Assembly: GCA_038231435.1 (NCBI GenBank)
Contig: JBBRLJ010000011.1
Coordinates: 1 to 64,000, forward strand
Source of the DNA: Planctomycetota bacterium
GTDB lineage: Bacteria > Planctomycetota > UBA11346
Direction of reading: 5' to 3'
DNA: 64,000 nucleotides
The notes beneath the pieces are model-generated. The model was given only the letters and a program-made list of their open reading frames with translations, was not told where the DNA came from and made no database searches. Position 1 is the stretch's first letter. Each line of letters opens with the position of its first letter. Shown piece by piece: positions 18,481-26,953 of the stretch. The position numbers and the translations under genes were made by a program.

Positions 18481-18832
18481 AGGGGCTCCGCCCCTACGGC
18501 CCTGGCGGGCCTACCCCACGGGCTTTGTCGTGGCTCGTTTTCGCCCGGGGGCCGGGCGAAAACGTGGGCGGATCGGCTACGCCCATTGTATCCGCCCACC
18601 ACCACTCGGCGCCCGGTCGCTTCGCTCCGGTTGGATTGTGAGGTAGGGCCCCTGAGAAAATCCGCGCCATGACCGGGGGCCCCGTCGCTCCGCGATGGGG
18701 CGGGCGCCGAAGGGTGATCGGCGGATATAATCGGCGACGCCGATCCGCCGACGGTGTCGCCGCCCGGCGGCGACACCGAAACCCGACAAAGCCCGTGGGG
18801 TAGGCCCGATAGGGCCGGAGGGGCGGAGCCCC
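18481..18832. repeat. REPIN/MITE-like element with about 49-bp terminal inverted repeats (family 1)
   Basis: AGGGGCTCCGCCCCTACGGCCCTGGCGGGCCTACCCCACGGGCTTTGTCG at the left and its near reverse complement at 18784-18832; related copy at 49083. Confidence 0.85.
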
Positions 18833-18835
18833 TCA

Positions 18836-20893
18836 CTAAACAGCAATAGCATCCTCGGGTTCCATCCCAGCGATGGTGGCCAAGAAGGCGCGGCCGTAAC
18901 GCTTGAGCTTGTGCTCGCCGACGCCCTTCACCGACAGCATCGCCTCGAGCGTCGTCGGGCGCGTCGCCGAGAGTCCATGCAGGGTCGCATCGGCGAAGAT
19001 GACATAGGGCGGCAGCTGATGCCGTTCGGCGAGCAGCTTGCGCAGACGACGCAGGCGTTCGAACATCGGCCGGTCCGCTGGCGTCGCGCCCGCGGCCGCA
19101 GCCGCGGCCGCGCGCTTCGAGGTGGACTTGCGTTTCGGCGCGAGCACCGAACCGAGCCTGACCACCCCCTCGCCCTTGCAGAGCGCTTTCCCAGAGGGCG
19201 TCATGGTCAGCAGCGGATAATCACGTTCCTCGGTGATCTCGAGGTAGCCTTGGACCACCAGCTGATCGATCCAGGCGCGCACGCTCGACTCGCCAGCCGC
19301 CTTGAGCATGCCGAAGAGAGCCAAGCTGTCGTGCCCGAGCCGCGCGCTGCGGTCGTTCGATTTGCCCACCAGGATATCGGTCACGTGGCCGCCGCCGAAG
19401 CGGCCGCCGGTCCGCCACACCGTGCTGATGATCTTCTGGGCGGTGACCAGCGCCTCCTCGGCGGGCAGCTCGCCGGTCTCGCCGAGGCAGACGTCGCAGG
19501 CGCCGCAGCCTTCTGGCGATGTCGGCTGGTACTGCTGCCCAAAATGCTCGGTGAGCAGGCGGTGCCGGCAAACCGGGGCGACGGCGAAGCGTCCCACGTC
19601 GCGCAGCTGACGGTCGAGGGCGCGAGTGCGTTCCGGGGACAGCGCTCCGTCCCTGAGCGCCAGCGAGCGGTGGGTGGCGAGATCCCCGGCGCTGAACAGC
19701 AGCACGCACTCGGCGGCCTCACCATCTCGGCCGGCGCGGCCGGCTTCCTGCTGGTAGTGCTCGATGGACTTCGGGGCGTTGGCGTGCACGACGAAGCGCA
19801 CATTGCTGCGATCAATGCCCATGCCGAAGGCGATGGTCGCGACCACCACGGCCAGGCGTTCGTTCACGAAATCGGACTGGACCTTTGCACGCACCCGCGC
19901 GTCCATGCCGGCGTGGTAGCCGGCGGCCTGGATGCCGGCCTGCTGGAGCGCGTGGGCGAGGCGTTCGACCTCCTTGCGGGTCTGGGAGTAGACGATGCCG
20001 CCTTCGCCTGGGTGCCTGAGCACCACCTCGATCACCTGCTTGGTCCCCCCCTGACGGGGCAAAGCGCGGTACACCAGGTTCGCGCGATCGACATGGCCGA
20101 TCAGGCGCAACGGCTGGCGCAGACCCAACTGCGCGCAGATATCATCCTGCACCTGCGGTGTCGCGGTCGCGGTGAGGCCCATGCGCGGGATCGACGGGAA
20201 ACGGTCGAACAGCGGTCCGAGTTGGCGGTACTCGGGACGGAAGTCGTGCCCCCAGTGCGACACGCAGTGCGCTTCATCCACCGCGACCAGCGCCAGGCGT
20301 TCGCCGAGTTGCGCCATCAGATCGGCCACCATCAGGCGCTCGGGGCTGACATAGAGCAGATCGAGCGATCCATCATCCAGCTGGGCGCGCACCGCGCGCC
20401 GTTCGGCGTCATCGATGTTGCTGTGCATCGCACCGGCCGACAGACCGGCCTCGCGGGCGGCGGCCACCTGGTCATCCATCAGCGCGATCAGCGGAGAGAC
20501 CACCAGCACCAGGCCGGCTCCACAGGCGGCGGGCACCTGGTAACAGAGGCTCTTGCCGCCACCGGTCGGCAGCACCACCAGGCTGTCGCGGCGCCCGAGG
20601 GCCGCCGCGACCGCATCCTGCTGCAACGCGCGGAAGCCATCGAAGCCCCAGAAGCGGCGCAGCGCCGCAAGGGGTTCGAGCCGCTCCCTGATCTTGCTGA
20701 TGCCGCCGAGTCCATCGCGGAGCTGCTGGAGCGAGCGTACCGGGGCCATGCCGTCCACATCGGGGAGCTGGGATTCTCCCTCGAATCCTTCCATTCCGGC
20801 ATCGAAGCCGTCGGTGATTCCACGCTGCCCACGTTCGACGGTTCCACCGGTAGATGGCGCTGGATGAGGGATTGGCGCGGAGCTGTCGGACAC
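18836..20893 (-). CDS. recQ: ATP-dependent DNA helicase RecQ
   Basis: PTGGGKSLCYQ, DEAHCVSHWGHDFRPEY, TATAT, ATIAFGMGID, QEAGRAGRDG, Zn-binding Cys, RQC and HRDC domains. Confidence 0.96.
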   Translation of the reverse strand: MSDSSAPIPHPAPSTGGTVERGQRGITDGFDAGMEGFEGESQLPDVDGMAPVRSLQQLRDGLGGISKIRERLEPLAALRRFWGFDGFRALQQDAVAAALGRRDSLVVLPTGGGKSLCYQVPAACGAGLVLVVSPLIALMDDQVAAAREAGLSAGAMHSNIDDAERRAVRAQLDDGSLDLLYVSPERLMVADLMAQLGERLALVAVDEAHCVSHWGHDFRPEYRQLGPLFDRFPSIPRMGLTATATPQVQDDICAQLGLRQPLRLIGHVDRANLVYRALPRQGGTKQVIEVVLRHPGEGGIVYSQTRKEVERLAHALQQAGIQAAGYHAGMDARVRAKVQSDFVNERLAVVVATIAFGMGIDRSNVRFVVHANAPKSIEHYQQEAGRAGRDGEAAECVLLFSAGDLATHRSLALRDGALSPERTRALDRQLRDVGRFAVAPVCRHRLLTEHFGQQYQPTSPEGCGACDVCLGETGELPAEEALVTAQKIISTVWRTGGRFGGGHVTDILVGKSNDRSARLGHDSLALFGMLKAAGESSVRAWIDQLVVQGYLEITEERDYPLLTMTPSGKALCKGEGVVRLGSVLAPKRKSTSKRAAAAAAAGATPADRPMFERLRRLRKLLAERHQLPPYVIFADATLHGLSATRPTTLEAMLSVKGVGEHKLKRYGRAFLATIAGMEPEDAIAV

Positions 20894-20985
20894 CTCGACA
20901 ACCTAGAATCCGCAGCGCCGTCCACAAGGCCCGGCGCTCCGCTATCGATCTTGGATATCGTGCTCGGGGTTTTCGTGCTTACGGA

Positions 20986-21219
20986 TCAGGCGTGTTGGAC
21001 GAAGCGGATCCTGTCGTCGTAGCGCATCAGCACGTCGCGCAGGACCATGATCATGGGCTGCACAGGTGGCGGAACTTGACCGAAGCCGAAATCTGGATCG
21101 TAACGCATGGTGCCGATCAACGATCCCTCGCGCAGCAGTTCTACTTTCCCGGTCACCGCCTCGATGATCACGGTCCACGAAACCAGCGCGTACCTGAAGG
21201 GGATCATGAGCGGTTTCAT
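20986..21219 (-). CDS. Small hypothetical protein
   Basis: GGGAG RBS before MKPLMIPF; plausible composition; start uncertain. Confidence 0.45.
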   Translation of the reverse strand: MKPLMIPFRYALVSWTVIIEAVTGKVELLREGSLIGTMRYDPDFGFGQVPPPVQPMIMVLRDVLMRYDDRIRFVQHA

Positions 21220-21440
21220 GCAACTCCCAGTATACTCGAGCCCTGGCACGCGGAAGTCTAGTAACTGTGCAACTCGGCCCAATCGGAGGGAGACGAGAGC
21301 TTTGTCGAATGTCGAGATGGATTGGAGCACCATGGTAATGGGGGACACGGATAATCGTCCGATCGGCTTACATAAAAAAGAGGTCTCGCCCCCACCCCAT
21401 CAGGCACATCCTCATCGTCACGTCGCTATCGGAGGCTTTC

Positions 21441-21713
21441 ATGGCAAATCGCTCCCTCGCTCTCATCGCCCTGGCCATCGGCATCATCGGCTTAGCCGCA
21501 ACCCTCTCGCCGGGTATGGTGGACAGTTCAAATACGATCGGCTATCTGCGAGGGACCGAGCACGGCCGTCGCTCGCCAACGACTTCGTACGAGAGTCCCT
21601 GGCTGTTACCCGCGCATCGCTGGGGCAATGAAGCCGCCGCGATGGGCTCGAGCGAGTCGGGTGGACAGATCGAAGCCGTGCTGCCGGACAACGCCGGCAG
21701 CGAGTTCCACTGA
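21441..21713 (+). CDS. Small exported or membrane-anchored hypothetical protein, 90 aa
   Basis: GGAGG RBS; N-terminal hydrophobic signal MANRSLALIALAIGIIGLAA. Confidence 0.6.
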   Translation: MANRSLALIALAIGIIGLAATLSPGMVDSSNTIGYLRGTEHGRRSPTTSYESPWLLPAHRWGNEAAAMGSSESGGQIEAVLPDNAGSEFH

Positions 21714-21745
21714 TTTCCACCCTTCGCCTGAGTAAGGAGCGCACC

Positions 21746-21856
21746 ATGCACGCACTCGTCATCTACGCTGCCATGTCCCTGCCCTCGCTCCTCATCGTGG
21801 GAGTCTTGGGAAGCATCATGTACTATTGCGGGCGCCATCGATCGGTCGAAGAATGA
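21746..21856 (+). CDS. 36-aa single-TM small protein (not in ORF track)
   Basis: AAGGAG RBS; MHALVIYAAMSLPSLLIVGVLGSIMYYCGRHRSVEE*. Confidence 0.55.
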   Translation: MHALVIYAAMSLPSLLIVGVLGSIMYYCGRHRSVEE

Positions 21857-21886
21857 CAAGCCACTCGGATTGGACCTGAGTCAGGC

Positions 21887-22381
21887 CTACCTGGGGTACA
21901 AGGAGGCACTACTGCCTGGAGCAATGATTGGATTGCCCTCGGTCACCTTCCCCTCCGGAGTGACCACGAATATCCGGGCCATGATCCCCGCGGTCTCTGG
22001 TGAAACGGATCCTGGGTCCGTCCCTGGATCACCGTTGACGTGAGAACCCACGACCGGGATCAATACCCGCCAACTTCCAGGAGGCGGAGAACCAGGCCCG
22101 GGTGGTCCACCCGCCTTCAAGTTTTCGCTGATGAAGTTGGCCTTGGCGTGCTCGTAATCCAACTGCTTGTTCTTGTACTTGTCGCGGGCGAAGGCCACCC
22201 CGCTGGCGATTGCCGACTGCATGTGATTGTTGCTGCTCGGTGGCTCCGCGACCGGCGGCCTGGGCTTCGGCGGCCCATTGGGCTGCGAAGCAACATGGCT
22301 CTGCCCCCCACCGCCACCACACCCACTCAGGCATGCTGTGCAGATGGCGATTGCTAGCGCGATGAAAAGGCTCTTCGGCAT
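21887..22381 (-). CDS. Pro-rich lipoprotein
   Basis: Lipobox LSG|C; shares motif blocks with 32909-33550. Confidence 0.75.
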   Translation of the reverse strand: MPKSLFIALAIAICTACLSGCGGGGGQSHVASQPNGPPKPRPPVAEPPSSNNHMQSAIASGVAFARDKYKNKQLDYEHAKANFISENLKAGGPPGPGSPPPGSWRVLIPVVGSHVNGDPGTDPGSVSPETAGIMARIFVVTPEGKVTEGNPIIAPGSSASLYPR

Positions 22382-22506
22382 TGGGCTTACCTTGAATATG
22401 CAGGACGAACTGCTGCAAAGCAATCCGGACATCCGATCCTGGACAATCCTGACGGATCAGGCGATGCGAGGGAAGGGCACCGAGTCATCCAGCTGCAGCA
22501 AATGGT

Positions 22507-23481
22507 TCACCACGGATTGGGTCCGGGCCCCTCGCATCCAAACCATTCCCGGGACGTCACCGACAGTGCGGCCTCTTCCGCGGCCTGACCAGGATACACG
22601 CAGTGCCCCCCGGTCATCACCACCAAGCGCTTCACGGGCAGGGCATTCGCGACCGCGAACTGTCCAGGCGGAGGCACGGCCGGATCCGCGAGCGCGGGCG
22701 CTACCAGCACCGGGATGCGGATGCGTGCGGCCGCGATGGCCGCATCGTAGTACGGCAACAACCGCTCCACCTCTGGATGAGCGGAATGGTGGCGACGCAC
22801 CGCCTCTCCGCTGCCCACGCACGGACAGCGCAGCCGCAACGGATGGTGGCCGAAGGTCGGAACGACGAGGAAGGCTTTGGCGACGCGCTCGTCCCAGGGC
22901 AGCGCGAGGGCGCCGAGCCCACCTCCGAAACTGGCTCCGGCGTAATGCAGGTTTCCCGAGACCTCCGGACACAAGTCGAGCAGGGCGTCCATCGCCGCCC
23001 ACAGCGAGGCCACGCACGCGCGGATGAGGTAGGTCTCGCGCGACCTGATGCCGTGCAGGACATGGCGATCGGAGCTGTCCGGGACGTCCGCGCGTGCCGA
23101 CAGATGGAAACCCGGAGCGCATGGGTACAGCACGGCCTCGTCGAGCTCGCCGATCGGCTCGGGTCTTTCCCCCCTGCCGCCGTATCCGTGCCCCACCACG
23201 ATGCCTCGCGACGCGCGCCTTCCGCGGGGCCGCGCGAGCCATGCGCCGATCCGGAATCCGCCCCACCCGTCGAAACGCACCTCCAACAACTCGACGCGCG
23301 GATTGGCGAACGGCAGCGGTTCGACCTCCAGGCGCAGCGGGATCGATGATGCTTCCGCCCGGGTCGCGCGCCAGAACGCGCCGAAGTCCGTGGGCTCGGG
23401 AGGCGGCTCGATCGCGAGCAAGTGTTCGCGGTCGTAGCCGTACGTGGGATCGATCGTGGCGGGATCGATGGGGCCGATCAT
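22507..23481 (-). CDS. Acetyl xylan esterase / cephalosporin-C deacetylase (CE7-like)
   Basis: PTDFGAFW, HGYGG, GASFGG nucleophile motif, DPAVPPPGQFA, GGH; ATGA overlap with the kinase stop. Confidence 0.88.
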   Translation of the reverse strand: MIGPIDPATIDPTYGYDREHLLAIEPPPEPTDFGAFWRATRAEASSIPLRLEVEPLPFANPRVELLEVRFDGWGGFRIGAWLARPRGRRASRGIVVGHGYGGRGERPEPIGELDEAVLYPCAPGFHLSARADVPDSSDRHVLHGIRSRETYLIRACVASLWAAMDALLDLCPEVSGNLHYAGASFGGGLGALALPWDERVAKAFLVVPTFGHHPLRLRCPCVGSGEAVRRHHSAHPEVERLLPYYDAAIAAARIRIPVLVAPALADPAVPPPGQFAVANALPVKRLVVMTGGHCVYPGQAAEEAALSVTSREWFGCEGPGPNPW

Positions 23482-26400
23482 CGCTTCCCTGGCGTCAGCT
23501 GCCGGAGTCTCCACTCCATGTAGAGGTCTTGAATGTCGCGCGTGTCATGGCGGTTGAACGGCTCGTCGATGCATGCGCGGCACGCAGCGATCGAAGCCGA
23601 TGCGTCGCCCGTCAGCTCCGCCTCGATCAGCTTGGCCAGCAGCAGCCGGTCTTCGCGGTAATTGCGGTATGGCTGGGCGAGGAATTCTTCGTCATTCATG
23701 GCCCCCAACGCGCGCTGGGCGATGTACCACAACTGCTGACGGTACGAGTACCGGTTGCGGGTCGCGATTTCGGCGAGCTTGCGTTTGGCGGCAGCGCGAT
23801 CGCCATCGATCGCTATCATCAGCAATGGCAGCAAATGCTGGCAGAAGATGCGCTGGTCATCCAGACAGTCCGGCTCGGCATCGGCAAGCTTCGCGAACAG
23901 CTCGCGGCCGCGCGCGAGCTCGCCATCGATGAGCAGGTGCATGGCGACCGTGTAGCCCGATGGGATCGATTCAGGCGCCTCCGCCAAGGCTTCGTCATAA
24001 CGACGCATCGCGATGTAGGCCGCAGCTCTCACGCTCCTGCTCGTCGACTCCTCGAGCACCTTCTCCGGCTTGCCCAGCACCAGCCAGGCGCGCATGCGTT
24101 GGCTAGTGTCGAAGCTGTTCTCGCGCGGGCTCGATGGAACCAGCTTGAGCACATCCTCGGCGTGTCCGGTATTGAGCATGGTGAGCTGCCCTTGCCATGA
24201 CTGCGCGCCCTTCTGCATCAGCTCATCGAACTTGCCCAGGATGAAGAGCATCCAGTTCGGATCGGAATCGATGGTGCCTGAAGCGAGATCGTCGTACGAG
24301 ATCTGGTCGTGGTCGACGCGGGCGTGGAGTCCGTAGTTGGTGATGAAATCATCCTTGATGAGGTCGTACCTGCCCATGTTGGCGTAGGCCTCGCCACGCT
24401 CCCGGCTGTGCGGCGGAAAGGTCGACAGGATGTCGTCGAAGCGGCCGTAGCGCATCAGCAGTACGCTCGATTCGTGCATGAACGGATTCGTCTGCCAGGG
24501 AGTATGATAGGCCTCCGACCAGCGCTTGAGCTCGCGGTGCGTCGCTTCGATGCGCGCGACGATGTCGTCCGGGTAGCAGTGTGCGCCAGGACCGGTGATG
24601 TTCCTCGGCTTGAGCATCGCTAGCCGTTCCTCGCCCAGTTCGCGTAGGACTGTCCAAGCGATTGGATTGCCCGGGAAGCGCGCGAGCGCGAGGCGGATGC
24701 GTTCCTCGCGAGGCAGGTCGCCAGATGCATGGGCAAGCTTGAGACGTTCGTGCAACGAGAACGGAACCAGCTCGTGATCCGGATTCATGCTCTCGAAATC
24801 GGCGAGCAGGGACAGTCCCCGGTCCGCGTCGCCGGTGCGGATGGCGCACATCCCCAGCCAGAAATGCGCGGTCCGCGCCAGCTCGCTTCCGGGATAGGCG
24901 GAGAGGATCTCCTCGTATTGACGCTTGGCCTCCGGGAAATTCTTCGTCTGGTACAGCTTATCCGCGACCGCGAGCGGCGAGATCTTCTGGGGCAGCGGTT
25001 GGTGGTAGATGCGGATGTTGTCGATCGTCCAATCCGATCCTGAGAAGCAGTCGAAACCGAACGATTGCGGCAGGGCGTCCTCGAGGTCCATGTACTCGAG
25101 CACTTTGCGGCCATCGATAGACAGCCGAGCATGCTGATCGTTCCGCTCCATCGAGAAATGATAGGTGCGCTTGAGTTCCAGCGGCTGCTCGGCGACGAAC
25201 ATGTCCACGATCAGGTAGGCTTCCCCCTTGGTCATCACCATGTAGGTGTTGTCGCCCCAAGCGGCGATGTGGAAGGTGAAGCCGTCGGTGCGATTGTCGC
25301 CGAGGAAGCAGTTGAGGTTCACGCCGGCGAGGGTCCGGTAGTCCCATTCGATCCGCACGTTGCCCGGGATCTTCCTCGTCGACACCAGATCCATGATCTC
25401 GCCCTTGGATGTCGCTTTCAGCCGGCCTTCCTCAATGAGGAAATTTCCAGCATCCATCGCCACCTGGTCGTAGGTGCCAGGACCGAACACCTGCCTGGTC
25501 TGCACCGTCCAATCCTTGGCGAGGGCCGGCAGCGTCGTGTGCTCGAAATCCTCCTCGCTCACCAGCTTCCAGACCTGCTGTTCCTTCATCTTCTCGCGCC
25601 ACAACACCGAGGCGACGGTGAGGATCAGCGCCAACGCCGTGGCCGAGACCCAGAAGAGCTTGGCATTGCGCGCATACCAGCGCGCGAGCATGCGCAGCAG
25701 CGATTCACGATGTGCGCTCACCGCCAGGCCTGCCTGGTAGCGTTCGAGATCGTCTCGCATGGCGTCGACCGATTGATAACGCCTCTCCGGTTTCGCCTCG
25801 AGCGCCTTCAGCGCGATGTCGAGCAGGGCCGGAGGCACGTCGCGCCGCTCCTCGACCGTGGGCGCGTCGATGTCACCGCACTTCTTCATGGTCCAGAAAC
25901 GTTCAGCCTCGTCGGACCAGGTCGGGTAGCGCAGGGTGAGGGCGTGGAACAGCGTCCCGCCCAGGCAATAGACGTCGCTCAGCGGTGTGACTCCTTCGCG
26001 ACGAGCCTGCTCGGGGCTCATGTAGATCGGAGTCCCGTACAGCCTGACTCCCTGGCCATCCTTCTCGCCGTCGCCATGCATGCGCGCGGCGCTGCCCCAA
26101 TCGAGCACCAGCACTTCCCCGAAATTGCCGAGCAGGATGTTGTCCGGCTTGATGTCCTGATGGACGATATCCTTGTGGTGGGCGTAGGCGATGGCGTTGC
26201 AGACCGAGATGAACACGCTGACGACGGCGTTGAAGGAGCCGATCTTCGCATCGCGGGCATCGGGGGACGATTGCGAGATCGCGTCGCCGAGCGAGAGCCC
26301 GGCGATCTTGTTCATGGTGAAGTAGAAATGTCCCTGGGGTGTGACGTCGATCTCGTGCACGGGCAGCACGTTCGGGTGCTGCAGCGACGCGGTGATGCGC

Positions 26401-26846
26401 GCCTCCTGGATGAACGAGCCGACCTCTTCGGCATTGGCCGCGGTCGCGGTCTGGCTCTGCACCTTGACCGCGATCTCGCGCTGGAGGTTGTGGTCGACGA
26501 CCGAAAATACCCGGCCGGTCGCGCCCATGCCTAGCATCTGCTGCAGCTGATAGCGGCGGGCTCCGTCGCCGGCTGAACAGCCGGCCTCGCGGAGATGGCG
26601 ATCAAGATGGTCACCCCGCAACTCCACGACGAGGTCCGCGCCATCGTCCGCACTGACCCTCGAACTGTCCGCTGCGGTGGCCGAGAGAGGGTCGGCGCCG
26701 CTGACCACCGTCTTCCTGGCTTCGTCGAGGCGCGCGCTGGCCGCCCGCGACGACGCTCCCCCCGCTTCGACCCTGGAGGGCCGCGCTGCGGCGGATGCCG
26801 GACCAGCGGTGTCCGCGGTGGATGACGGAGGCTCGTCGGATGTCAT
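23478..26846 (-). CDS. Membrane Ser/Thr protein kinase with predicted ConA-like beta-sandwich and TPR region, 1122 aa
   Basis: LGMGATGRV, AVK, HQDIKPDN, DWG, GTPIYMSPEQ; TM LFWVSATALALILTVASVLW; ...IDNIRIY beta-sandwich; TPR-like helices. Confidence 0.92.
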   Translation of the reverse strand: MTSDEPPSSTADTAGPASAAARPSRVEAGGASSRAASARLDEARKTVVSGADPLSATAADSSRVSADDGADLVVELRGDHLDRHLREAGCSAGDGARRYQLQQMLGMGATGRVFSVVDHNLQREIAVKVQSQTATAANAEEVGSFIQEARITASLQHPNVLPVHEIDVTPQGHFYFTMNKIAGLSLGDAISQSSPDARDAKIGSFNAVVSVFISVCNAIAYAHHKDIVHQDIKPDNILLGNFGEVLVLDWGSAARMHGDGEKDGQGVRLYGTPIYMSPEQARREGVTPLSDVYCLGGTLFHALTLRYPTWSDEAERFWTMKKCGDIDAPTVEERRDVPPALLDIALKALEAKPERRYQSVDAMRDDLERYQAGLAVSAHRESLLRMLARWYARNAKLFWVSATALALILTVASVLWREKMKEQQVWKLVSEEDFEHTTLPALAKDWTVQTRQVFGPGTYDQVAMDAGNFLIEEGRLKATSKGEIMDLVSTRKIPGNVRIEWDYRTLAGVNLNCFLGDNRTDGFTFHIAAWGDNTYMVMTKGEAYLIVDMFVAEQPLELKRTYHFSMERNDQHARLSIDGRKVLEYMDLEDALPQSFGFDCFSGSDWTIDNIRIYHQPLPQKISPLAVADKLYQTKNFPEAKRQYEEILSAYPGSELARTAHFWLGMCAIRTGDADRGLSLLADFESMNPDHELVPFSLHERLKLAHASGDLPREERIRLALARFPGNPIAWTVLRELGEERLAMLKPRNITGPGAHCYPDDIVARIEATHRELKRWSEAYHTPWQTNPFMHESSVLLMRYGRFDDILSTFPPHSRERGEAYANMGRYDLIKDDFITNYGLHARVDHDQISYDDLASGTIDSDPNWMLFILGKFDELMQKGAQSWQGQLTMLNTGHAEDVLKLVPSSPRENSFDTSQRMRAWLVLGKPEKVLEESTSRSVRAAAYIAMRRYDEALAEAPESIPSGYTVAMHLLIDGELARGRELFAKLADAEPDCLDDQRIFCQHLLPLLMIAIDGDRAAAKRKLAEIATRNRYSYRQQLWYIAQRALGAMNDEEFLAQPYRNYREDRLLLAKLIEAELTGDASASIAACRACIDEPFNRHDTRDIQDLYMEWRLRQLTPGKR

Positions 26847-26874
26847 CGGCCCTGGCGCACCTGGAGCATCCCGA

Positions 26875-26904
26875 AGGATACCATGCCCGGGGTGGTCCGT
26901 GCAA
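26875..26904 (-). promoter_or_regulatory. Sigma70-like promoter of the kinase
   Basis: TTGCAC-N18-TATCCT with an extended TG; same architecture at 45421-45450. Confidence 0.6.
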
Positions 26905-26953
26905 CACGTCGATGCCACGCCCTGCGGGTGCGTGGTTGGCGCCCGACCCCGGA

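Noticed and set aside
18911..21022. 703-aa plus-strand ORF and similar long antisense ORFs (e.g. 4498-5946, 25065-26534, 45391-47064)
   Set aside because: Shadows of well-supported genes on the opposite strand, as expected in high-GC DNA; no recognisable motifs
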